Positions 43,272 to 52,112 of a DNA stretch of 64,000 nucleotides are shown here, one piece after another. The notes under the pieces are model-generated. The model was not told where the DNA came from, did not search any database, and saw only the letters and a list, made by a program, of their open reading frames with translations. This stretch comes from Bacteroidales bacterium. GTDB lineage: Bacteria; Bacteroidota; Bacteroidia; Bacteroidales; UBA7960. The first letter of the stretch is position 1. Each line of letters opens with the position of its first letter. Location of the stretch: contig PWJZ01000067.1 of assembly GCA_003559855.1 (NCBI GenBank), positions 66,195-130,194 of the forward strand, written 5' to 3'. The translations under genes were made by a program, and so were the position numbers.

Positions 43272-44330
43272 TTAGTAAAACACAAATCCTGCAGGCACAA
43301 TACCACCATCAAAGCTGTTAATTTTATCTCCTTCCGATGTAAATTGTAACACTTTTCCTTTCTGGTTAAAGTCAATGGCATCGGTAACGTATATGTTGCC
43401 GGTTGAAGGGCTGATTCCCATTCCGTAAAAATATTCACCCTGATTTTCAATCAATGGCACGGATGGAAGTGCGGTTTCGTCAACGCTAAACTCCCAGATG
43501 TCGTTGCCAATATAATACAATATATCACCTGCTTTATTGACCGTAAGACTTGAATGGAAGCCGCTGTCGTCAGCAAACGGAAGTTCTGTGGTTATTTCCG
43601 GTGTGCCGGGATCTATTGCAGTCAGGCCACCCGTTTCACCTTCCCATGTGCCTTCACTTAAAACCCACAACATGCCGTATTTGTCAATTGCCATTGAGCC
43701 GGGCTGTGGAAGAACCTCAAGGCTGTCAGTTATAGTATGTGAAATATGATCAATTACATAGACTTTGTTTGCATTGGGTGCTGTTACAAAAACATTCTTG
43801 CCTGTTTTTACTAAAGCCTCGCTCCAGCCACCGGGAAATTCAATACCGTCTTCAATAGTATTGTCTGACAGGTTTACAATCCATATTTTCCCGGCAAACA
43901 GATCACTTACATAAGCCGTTGATTCATCAACAGGCAGGATGTAGCGAGGCGATGTGAAACCATCGATAGTGGCTTTGAGCTCTATTGTTTTGGTATCAAC
44001 CACCTCAATAACACCCGAATTATTTACTACCAGGTAAGCCGATTGATTTATTATTTCCATAGACTGAAATACATCACCCAGTAGCCGGTTATTGACATCA
44101 TAGAACAGATCATTGTGTATCTCTCCGCTTATTTTATCAATATAGCTTAGTGAGCTGTTTTCGTTCTGGAAAGCTCCTTCATTGATTACAAAAACCCCGT
44201 TACCCTTTTCGGTAATTGTTTGATCGTTTAAATCTTCTTGTTCATCTTTCTCGCAATTGGTAAATAAAACCATTCCAAATAATGCTGATAAAATTGATAG
44301 TTTTACTTTGTTTGATAAAAAGTTTTTCAT
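43272..44330 (-). CDS. BtuG-like (YncE/DUF5074) beta-propeller surface lipoprotein
   Basis: Lipobox FTNC followed by acidic EKDEQED; NEG.F, LGDV.QS, VVNNS, SPRY, DA.DF...G motifs; downstream of a B12-regulated TBDR; ATG 44330 preferred. Confidence 0.85.
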   Translation of the reverse strand: MKNFLSNKVKLSILSALFGMVLFTNCEKDEQEDLNDQTITEKGNGVFVINEGAFQNENSSLSYIDKISGEIHNDLFYDVNNRLLGDVFQSMEIINQSAYLVVNNSGVIEVVDTKTIELKATIDGFTSPRYILPVDESTAYVSDLFAGKIWIVNLSDNTIEDGIEFPGGWSEALVKTGKNVFVTAPNANKVYVIDHISHTITDSLEVLPQPGSMAIDKYGMLWVLSEGTWEGETGGLTAIDPGTPEITTELPFADDSGFHSSLTVNKAGDILYYIGNDIWEFSVDETALPSVPLIENQGEYFYGMGISPSTGNIYVTDAIDFNQKGKVLQFTSEGDKINSFDGGIVPAGFVFY

Positions 44331-44399
44331 TTTTTTGATTTTTGAAAAGTTTGTCAATAAAATTTAATTTCAGAATATCTTTAAATAATAAAACCATTA

Positions 44400-46346
44400 T
44401 CAACGCTGCCCGTAATTTATATTACAGCTCAAGCCTGCCCGGAAATACCTCAGCGGCATAGGTCTTGCCTGCATAACTTCATAATCCTGGTTCCATATAT
44501 TATGTATTTTGATGAAAAAGGATGCTTTCATCGTCGTAATGATTTTTCTTTCATAGGCAATGTAAATATCAGCTACATGATAGGGGTCGAGCCACCTGCT
44601 GTTATCGCCGGCAGTGTATCTTTTGCCTGTTATGCTATGATTGTAGTAAAGGCGGTATGGACCTGTTGAAAAACCCGCATTTATCCCTGCCCTGTGTTCG
44701 GGAGTGTAAATAAGTTGTTTGCCAATTGAAGCATCGGTATCCAAGCCGGTTTTTTCATAGATTGATCTTGTCCATGAGTAAAATATTGTTGTGTTAATGT
44801 TTAAATCGCCATAAATGTATGATACCATTTTATTAGCTTCTGCACCATAGCTTCTTACTTCGAGTATATTTTCGGGAGTCCATAATCCTCCGCTTCCGGG
44901 CACCCAGCTTATCCAGTTTTTCATTTTCCTGTGAAAAAGTGCTATTGAAATGTGGTCAAGATCAAATGACCTGTCTGGATCATTGGTTTTGCCGTATAAG
45001 CTGAAGTCGGACAGTTCAAAATTAATATCCTGCGACCAGCCGCTTTCGGGTTTCAGGTCAGGATTGCCGCCCGGCGACCAGTATCTGTCATTCAGCGTGG
45101 GCAGCCTGTAGTTGTTTCCAATATTTGCACTTATTGCAAATTTGCCGGAAGGCCTGTAAGTGATACCCATACACGGTGTGGGTTCAACATCATATGCCCT
45201 GGCAAATTTTTGCCTGAAATTTAATGATGTAATGAAGTTTTCATGCTTATTTTTCCAACGCCAGGATGCCAGCAGGGTATAGCGGTGTTCCGATGGTTTT
45301 GCCATGTAGTCATCAACATCGGCACTAACGTATTGGTGGTTGAAAGTTAAGCTGACGGTATTCTGTTTTGGGAAATAATACCTGAGCCCGGCTTCGCTGG
45401 TTTGCATCTGCGACCGGCTTTCACTGTCGGTAAATATGTTATCGTTATAATGTATATAATCTTCGAAATAACCTGTTTTTACATCTATCCTGATGTTGTT
45501 AAAGAATCCTTGCCATTGGGCTGTCAGGCGCAAAAAATCATCATCCTGCTGCGCCGGCGATCCATCCTGAAACAGTGCAGAAGGGATGTTTCTTTCGTAT
45601 TGCTGAAACCATGCCCTCAGGTTAAATATATGATTATTGTTCGGCTTGTAATGTGTTTCCTGCAGTAACCCCCAGCCCTCAAAGCCGGCATGTTCCTGCT
45701 TTTCTTCAGGATTATCAGGCAAACGGCTGTTTATGTACCGGTATTGATTTTTTGCATGGTGGTGAAACAGGCGAAACGATGTTGCAAAAGTTCCGTTGCT
45801 CCATTGTGTACTGATGCTGTTGTGAAAATCCCTGTTTGTAGTTGCCGAGCTGTGATAGCCAAACTGTTGCCCCGGGCTGAAATCCGGCTTGTTATTCATA
45901 ATTATGGCGCCGCCTACGGCTCCCGTGCCCCATATGGTGCTTCCCCCGCCATAGTGCACTTGTATCTCGTCGGCAAATGACACCGGTATTAAAGAAAGCT
46001 CGTTTTGGGCATGCATGGGGCTCTGAAGGTTGAAGCCGTTCCATATAAAAGCCGTATGCGAAGCTGAACCGCCTCGCAACGAAGTGGTTGATAATATACC
46101 CGGACCGTAGCTCTTTACCGAAACAGGCGTGTATGAGCCAAGAACAGATGCAAAATCAGAGTGGTGATTGCTTTTTAATATTACGGTATCAATGGATTGT
46201 CTTTTTGCTGAGCCCGAAAAAAGTTCATGCTTTTCCGACATGATCTCAACGCTCTTAAGCATGACAATTGTGTCATTGCCCTCATTTAGATCAAAATCAG
46301 GAGAAGAATACCCGAATATTGACGCAACAGCAATAAATAACCACAT
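44400..46346 (-). CDS. btuB: TonB-dependent receptor, BtuB-like (cobalamin)
   Basis: Plug YG.G...T.SLRG....HT...WNG, GA.GGAI; R.PTLNDRYW..GGNPDLKPE; PMP.R near the end; preceded by a cobalamin riboswitch. Confidence 0.85.
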   Translation of the reverse strand: MWLFIAVASIFGYSSPDFDLNEGNDTIVMLKSVEIMSEKHELFSGSAKRQSIDTVILKSNHHSDFASVLGSYTPVSVKSYGPGILSTTSLRGGSASHTAFIWNGFNLQSPMHAQNELSLIPVSFADEIQVHYGGGSTIWGTGAVGGAIIMNNKPDFSPGQQFGYHSSATTNRDFHNSISTQWSNGTFATSFRLFHHHAKNQYRYINSRLPDNPEEKQEHAGFEGWGLLQETHYKPNNNHIFNLRAWFQQYERNIPSALFQDGSPAQQDDDFLRLTAQWQGFFNNIRIDVKTGYFEDYIHYNDNIFTDSESRSQMQTSEAGLRYYFPKQNTVSLTFNHQYVSADVDDYMAKPSEHRYTLLASWRWKNKHENFITSLNFRQKFARAYDVEPTPCMGITYRPSGKFAISANIGNNYRLPTLNDRYWSPGGNPDLKPESGWSQDINFELSDFSLYGKTNDPDRSFDLDHISIALFHRKMKNWISWVPGSGGLWTPENILEVRSYGAEANKMVSYIYGDLNINTTIFYSWTRSIYEKTGLDTDASIGKQLIYTPEHRAGINAGFSTGPYRLYYNHSITGKRYTAGDNSRWLDPYHVADIYIAYERKIITTMKASFFIKIHNIWNQDYEVMQARPMPLRYFRAGLSCNINYGQR

Positions 46347-46470
46347 AAGATGATTATAAATACAATTTTGTTATTAATTAAATTGTATTTGTAAACAAAC
46401 GGGGATTGGATTTCATTGATGATGTTATAATCCTTGCTTTTATCCCGAAAGCTACAAATATGTTTTATTT

Positions 46471-46650
46471 AATGGCAGGTCTTCTGACTTGCTCTTTGTT
46501 TGCCGCCTTCCCGTCAGCTATTTTTATGACAGTGGCAAGAGGTTGACAAACAAACTGTAAAGAGCTCACAGCAGCGGGAACTGTTGCCGATTCTCACGGC
46601 ATTCCCTTTTAATCCTGTACTCCGGGATGGAGTTGCGGAACCATTGTAAC
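46471..46650 (-). ncRNA. Cobalamin (AdoCbl) riboswitch
   Basis: Minus strand reads GGTT...TTAAAAGGGAATGCCGTGAGAATCGGCAACAGTTCCCGCTGCTGTGAG...GCCACTG...GGGAAGGC...AAGTCAGAAGACCTGCC (B12 box); TATCTTTG -7 box at 46653-46660. Confidence 0.96.
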
Positions 46651-46773
46651 GGCAAAGATAAAAATATTTTAAATAAACCGGCTTAAAAAAATTAAAAATT
46701 TGATACTTTTTCTTAATATCGGTAAGTACAAAACATAACAAAATTAAGGGATTGTAAGTTTTTATTAATTGTA

Positions 46774-46888
46774 GCCACAAAGCTTGCACTGAGCTTGTCG
46801 AAGTGACTCAAAGTCACCAAGAAACACAAAGAACAGATAATCAGTACTTTATTCTTAGTAATTCTTTGTGTTTTAGAGTCTTTGTGGC
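46774..46888. repeat. Palindromic intergenic element with CACAAAG-type subrepeats and a nested hairpin
   Basis: GCCACAAAG (46774-82) / CTTTGTGGC (46880-88) inverted ends; inner CACTGAGCTTGTCGAAGTG at 46787-46805. Confidence 0.6.
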
Positions 46889-46919
46889 AAGATTAATTCT
46901 TAACCGGACCCTAATGATC

Positions 46920-47405
46920 TCATATTAAAAACAGGTTTTTAACGGCAAACCAGGCAATAAGTGATGATACGATTAATTTGAATACAATTCCGAACATTAG
47001 CCCTATAAAGCTCCCTATGGCTGATTTTATTGCTATATCCGACGGTTGTTTATTCATAATCTCTGCCAGGAATGCTCCCAGCAAAGGACCAAATATAATA
47101 CCGAAGGGAGGGAAAAAGAAAATGCCTATAATTAAGCCTAAGGATGCACCAAATATGCCATGACGGCTGCCACCGGTTGTCCTGGTACCCAGTATCGGAA
47201 GGATATAATCGGTCAGCGTTGCAAATAATGCCAGAACACCCATTATGATAAGGATTTTCGGTTGAAATGATGCTTCGGTTGTAATATGAATAAATATCAT
47301 GCCGGCATAGCTTAACGGTGGGCCGGGAATAACAGGAATGAAACCGCCTATTATGCCGATCAATATCAGTAAAAAACCTAAACTTATTAAAAAAATATCT
47401 ATCAT
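46920..47405 (-). CDS. DUF456 family membrane protein
   Basis: G...P..PGPPLSY.G, DY..P..GT...GGS..G..GA..G, GP..GAF..E pattern. Confidence 0.88.
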   Translation of the reverse strand: MIDIFLISLGFLLILIGIIGGFIPVIPGPPLSYAGMIFIHITTEASFQPKILIIMGVLALFATLTDYILPILGTRTTGGSRHGIFGASLGLIIGIFFFPPFGIIFGPLLGAFLAEIMNKQPSDIAIKSAIGSFIGLMFGIVFKLIVSSLIAWFAVKNLFLI

Positions 47406-47417
47406 TCAAACATTGAA

Positions 47418-47594
47418 TTAATTCGCAGGAATAACAATAGCCAGTACCAGGTACAACAAAATACCTGTTGCGAAAATTACGGCAGCTATTACAAAACCAA
47501 TTCTGAAAATGGTAGGGTCTATGTTGAAATATTCACCCAATGCCCCACAAACTCCAAATATCATGCGATTGGAGGTCTTTCTCAATCTTTTCAC
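47418..47594 (-). CDS. PspC domain protein
   Basis: KRL.K...RMI.GVCG.LGEYFNIDPT..R...LYL...I.IP; GTG start at 47594 preferred. Confidence 0.88.
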   Translation of the reverse strand: MKRLRKTSNRMIFGVCGALGEYFNIDPTIFRIGFVIAAVIFATGILLYLVLAIVIPAN

Positions 47595-47765
47595 GAAATA
47601 AATTTTACACAAAAATAGAAAATTCCGGTAAAGCGCAAATCCTGATAATGATTTAATTGAAGCCTGCCGACCGGTTCACTTCGTAAATCATAAATCGTTA
47701 ATCGGTGTTCGATATTAGAATATTGGCCAGTTTATTTTTGAATTTTGCAGGAAACAAGATTTTAT

Positions 47766-48037
47766 CCCACTCTCAAAAGTATTTTTCCCGCAGATTCAAC
47801 CAGTTGGAAAATTTTATAAAAAACAAGAATTTATGAAAAGCAAATATCCCACGGGCAAATCGCAGATTTTCGCTGATAAACATAATTGATTATCACGAAT
47901 TTATAATCTGCGTATACCCTGTTGGATTAATTATTTTTGATACATCTGCAAATTATTATAATTAAGTATTATCCAACAGGGTATATCAGCGAAATGCTCG
48001 GGAAACAATATTTTTGGACTTTTTAGAGTGGACTCAA
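47766..48037. mobile_element. MITE-like composite element containing a nested 65-bp insertion
   Basis: Ends CCCACTCTCAAAAGT / ACTTTTTAGAGTGGACTCAA; right half matches the reverse complement of 63935-64000; nested CCCTGTTGGAT...ATCCAACAGGG (47917-47981) flanked by TATA on both sides. Confidence 0.8.
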
Positions 48038-48187
48038 GATTTTCAAAATTAAACATGATCTTTATTAAAAATCTCAAAAAATAATATAATCAAGGTTAAA
48101 GGATCCTTGTTGAAACATTTTGTACTAAGGTATAGCAAAAATATAAGTTTAGCTGCCGTTTTCACCAGGCTTTCTTCCTTTAATGTT

Positions 48188-49084
48188 TCACATTAAATCC
48201 GTCTGATCTTTCTCTGCTTTTACAAAGCGTTCCTTATCATGAATATCTTTTTTGATCATGATATTGGTAAAGCCTTTTTTTTCGAGCAATTTTTTGATAT
48301 TTTGCCCCATTGCTTCATTTATTTCAAAAAATAGCATACCTCCTGCCGTGAGTGCTTTTTTTGCAAGTGCGGATATTTTATCATAAAATATTAATGGCTG
48401 ATGATCGTCAACAAAAAGTGCGTCATGGGGTTCATATCTGAGAACATTCTCATTCATGCGGCCTTTTTCCGAAACCCTCACATAAGGCGGGTTGCTGACC
48501 CATACGTCACAATGTTGCTCTATCAGCGGATCATCAACAGACATAACTAAAATGTCTTTTTCAATAAATGCCACTTCCAGTTTATTGTAACGGGCATTTT
48601 CTTTGGCAATTACTATTGATTCGCGGCTGTTATCCAGACCGGCAGCCTTGATCTCCGGCAATCTTTGCTTAAGTGCCAATGCTATACATCCGCTGCCCGT
48701 ACCGATATCAAGCAGGGCAGACGTTGCCATACTGTTTTCCTTTAATTCCTGCTCAACCCACAAAACCAGCTCTTCAGTTTCGGGCCGGGGTATCAATACC
48801 GGTGGTTTTACCTTTATTTTCAGATCAAGAAAATCAGTATAGCCAGTAATATATTGCACAGGCTCGTATGCCTTAAGTCTTTTAATCACTTTCAGCAGAT
48901 CAACAATTTGCGATTCGTTCAAACGATTGCCAGGATAGAATGCCATATCCTGACGGCTGATATTAAAACAACTTTCAAAAATAATTACTGAAATTGCTTT
49001 CAGCTCATTCTCAGGGTAATGACTTTTAAGCTCCTTTTTAAAAAAAGAGACTATATCTTTAAGTTTGTTGGTATCCGGGTTCAT
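48188..49084 (-). CDS. prmC: Release factor glutamine N5-methyltransferase
   Basis: EPVQYI.G, VLIPRPETEELV, LDIGTGSGCIA, SNPPY. Confidence 0.96.
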   Translation of the reverse strand: MNPDTNKLKDIVSFFKKELKSHYPENELKAISVIIFESCFNISRQDMAFYPGNRLNESQIVDLLKVIKRLKAYEPVQYITGYTDFLDLKIKVKPPVLIPRPETEELVLWVEQELKENSMATSALLDIGTGSGCIALALKQRLPEIKAAGLDNSRESIVIAKENARYNKLEVAFIEKDILVMSVDDPLIEQHCDVWVSNPPYVRVSEKGRMNENVLRYEPHDALFVDDHQPLIFYDKISALAKKALTAGGMLFFEINEAMGQNIKKLLEKKGFTNIMIKKDIHDKERFVKAEKDQTDLM

Positions 49085-49192
49085 ATGCGATTGAAACGAA
49101 ATTATTATTAAACGGTTATAGGTTTACTCCTGTTCTGCCTGCCTCTTTTAAGCCTCAACTTTACTACTTGTTTCATACCACTAGCTGGTCGT

Positions 49193-51268
49193 CTAATCAT
49201 TGAGCGCTTTGCTTCTTTCTGAGTATTCCAGTGCTTTCTCCGTCATGCCCATACGCCGGTAGCTTAACGAAATATTCCTGAGAAGCTGCGCATTGTCAGG
49301 GCTTTGTTCCAATGCCCGGTAAAAGTAGTGCAAGGATTTTTCTAACTCTCCTGCAATACCATAAGCAACACCAAGGTTTTCGAGTGTTGTAAGATCATTT
49401 GGTGCAATATTCAGTGCAAGTTTGAGATAATTGATCGAATTGCCGATATTACCGAATATTTTACCTTCAATCTCACCGCGTTTCCTTAATGCCAGGTAAT
49501 GAGCAGAGTCTTTATTTACAGCACTTTCCAAATACTTTACAGCATTATCAAAATCTTCTTTTTTCTCATATACCAAAGCAAGCTGGTAATAGTAATCAGC
49601 ATTTTGAGGCTTGAATTTTATCAGTTTTTCAAAACTCTTTTGAGCAATACCCGGTTTATTTTCCTTTCGTGCTTTTTCACCAAGTATTGAAATGTTTTTG
49701 AATGCATATTCATATCCGGGGCTTGTTTCGAGGCAGGCCAGGTATGCTTCCATTGCTCTTTCGTAATCATCGAGGTGATACCAGCCGTTGCCAAGCAACA
49801 ACCAGCCTGCCGTGTATTTAGGATGTATATTAACCCCATGTTTTATATATTCCACAGCCTGTAAAAGCTTTTGCTTTTTTTGATGATCGACGGTAGCGGG
49901 CTTTATTGCTTCGTCAATTAAAGCACCGCCGGCTGATACATTCACTTTGGCACTGTTTACTGACGTTTTTACATCGGTAGTAAACAGGGTATAATCATCT
50001 TTCCAGGCACTATTGCGGGTAACTGTTTTATAGCTGAAGCCCAGTACGATAAAAGCAGACAACACCAGGGCCGCTGCATGTACGGTTTTATTCTTGGTTA
50101 ACCCGCTAATCAATGGTTTTTGCAGGTAATAACCCGCAACTATTGCAAAACCTAATGAAGGAATGAACAAAAACCTCTCATTCATGAATGTGCCTATAGA
50201 AACAAACAAGTTTGAAAAGATTGAAATAGTTAGCAAATAAAACCATATACCATAACCGGCAGGATGTTTTCTTTTAAGGCTTATAAGTGCTATAACGCCT
50301 AAGACAATATATATTGTCAATGAGAGAATTACCGCCGGATTTTCCCACCCTGTTATCGGAATATGTTTCGGATAATAATCATGTGTAAGTGGATGCGGAA
50401 AAAACAACAGTTGAAGGTATATGCCCAACGTATAAAAGATTGTTGCATATTTTTCGGAAGAAGATGCATGAAGAAAAGGATTGTTAAGAAGCTCGCCGGA
50501 CTCCTCACCGGTTCCAAGGAAAAAGCCAAGAGCATGATAACGCAAAAGGAAAAACACCAACACCGGTATTAAAAGCACATAAATGATTCTCAAATTAACC
50601 TTAAGGGGATGTTGTGTAAAATAATATACCGTAAGGGGTATTACCGCAAAAAATGTAAGCGCATTTTCTTTCGACAATAGCGCAAGGAAAAAACTTGTGC
50701 CTGACAGGATTCCGGGCAATTTCTTCTTCTTTTCAATGAAATCCAGATAAAAATAAAGCGTTGCCATGCTGAAAAACATGCTCATCAGTTCATCACGCCC
50801 CTTTATGTTTGCAACTACTTCGGTATGGATCGGGTGTACGGCATATATCATGGTTATTATAAATGGTAATGAAAGATACCATTTTGTATTACCGGTATTT
50901 GATGGTAAAAACCGTTTCAGGGTTAAAAATATCAAACAGCACAAAAGTGCGTACCATATTGTATTAACGAGGTGTCCGACAAAAGGGTTCAGTCCGAACA
51001 ACTCATATTCAATGGCAAACGTTACATGCGACAAAGGTCTGTATCGCCCGCCTTCCAGCAGGGCACGGTCTTCACCGAAAAAACCGGTAAAAGCATCATT
51101 GGTCAGAATCTCGCCCAAACCCGCAAGTCCCTGCCGGGTAAAGCTGTTCTCCGTGATCATCATAGTGTCGTCAAGAGCATAATCATGCCCAAGCGTATTG
51201 ATATACAATATGAAGGATACGGAAAAAACCAGTATCAGTGGTGAAGAAATGTTTCGCCGCGAGATCAT
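49193..51268 (-). CDS. TMTC-like GT-C membrane glycosyltransferase (DUF1736 plus TPR)
   Basis: First-loop DD (YALDD), YRPLS, HP.HTEVVANIKGR.E, SKE, ERFLF.PS, RN..W; C-terminal TPRs. Confidence 0.85.
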   Translation of the reverse strand: MISRRNISSPLILVFSVSFILYINTLGHDYALDDTMMITENSFTRQGLAGLGEILTNDAFTGFFGEDRALLEGGRYRPLSHVTFAIEYELFGLNPFVGHLVNTIWYALLCCLIFLTLKRFLPSNTGNTKWYLSLPFIITMIYAVHPIHTEVVANIKGRDELMSMFFSMATLYFYLDFIEKKKKLPGILSGTSFFLALLSKENALTFFAVIPLTVYYFTQHPLKVNLRIIYVLLIPVLVFFLLRYHALGFFLGTGEESGELLNNPFLHASSSEKYATIFYTLGIYLQLLFFPHPLTHDYYPKHIPITGWENPAVILSLTIYIVLGVIALISLKRKHPAGYGIWFYLLTISIFSNLFVSIGTFMNERFLFIPSLGFAIVAGYYLQKPLISGLTKNKTVHAAALVLSAFIVLGFSYKTVTRNSAWKDDYTLFTTDVKTSVNSAKVNVSAGGALIDEAIKPATVDHQKKQKLLQAVEYIKHGVNIHPKYTAGWLLLGNGWYHLDDYERAMEAYLACLETSPGYEYAFKNISILGEKARKENKPGIAQKSFEKLIKFKPQNADYYYQLALVYEKKEDFDNAVKYLESAVNKDSAHYLALRKRGEIEGKIFGNIGNSINYLKLALNIAPNDLTTLENLGVAYGIAGELEKSLHYFYRALEQSPDNAQLLRNISLSYRRMGMTEKALEYSERSKALND

Positions 51269-51491
51269 CGGGTATTGTGTTTATCAATTATTACAGACTT
51301 GGTGCTAAAATTTCATTATAATCAACAAAAACAGAAAGTACAAGACAAAAATCGTAAAAAAATGGCAACAATAAAATAGTATAAACAAATTAAGTCTTGA
51401 GCTAAGCATAAACAGTATAGTTATAAAGATTTTTACAATCTTTTCCAACGAATATTTTATTAAAGCTATGCAATAATTGCATATACACATA

Positions 51492-51988
51492 TCCAATCCT
51501 TATCGCATTCACGCCCTCGCAGCCCGCTGTTTAACCAGGCCTGCGCGCACGCTCTGATAAAGTATATTGAGTTATTTAAAATAGTGGTTTTGAAAATGCT
51601 TCTTTGTTGTCATCAAAAATTGATGATTGTCTTTTGCAGGAAATTGTCGGTAGCAAGTCACTGCTTACACCTTATCTGCAGAAGGTGGCTTTGCCCACTT
51701 ATCTATTACCGGTGGCTTCAGCCACCGGATAATGAAGCTTAACACCCCTCTGGGCTTTAGCCCCATTATCTGGAGGTTCCATGTGACCGATTTAAAACAA
51801 ATTATTAACACATGAAAAAGCAGCAAAAAATCAAGCCCAAATAAAAAGTGTATTCGCCTTTTGGGCTCATGAGGGCTTCGCCGTACCTCCCGCTTTGCGA
51901 TAAGGCAAGAATTGCAGCCAAAGATGGATAAACCCCTTGGGCGCAATTCCAATCCTTATCGCATTCACGCTTTCGCGGCCCGTAGTTT
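51492..51988. repeat. Composite intergenic element: 41-bp imperfect direct repeats around a REP-like palindrome cluster
   Basis: TCCAATCCTTATCGCATTCACGC exact at 51492-51514 and 51948-51970; palindromes GTGGCTTTGCCCAC, CCGGTGGCTTCAGCCACCGG, GGGCTTTAGCCC at 51684-51765. Confidence 0.8.
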
Positions 51989-52112
51989 TGTATATTTTAT
52001 CACTACTGTCAGCTTAAAATTAATTGCGGCCACACGAGTGTTCGCAACTTAAATAAGATTTAAGACCGGAAAATCTTGCTAACTTTGCCAGGTTTATACA
52101 AATTGAAGAATT

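Noticed and set aside
46514-46789. 91-aa ORF on the - strand
   Set aside because: Overlaps the cobalamin riboswitch and its promoter; spurious.
51665-51952. 95-aa ORF on the - strand
   Set aside because: Lies entirely within palindromic repeat DNA, has a TTG start and no protein-like features.
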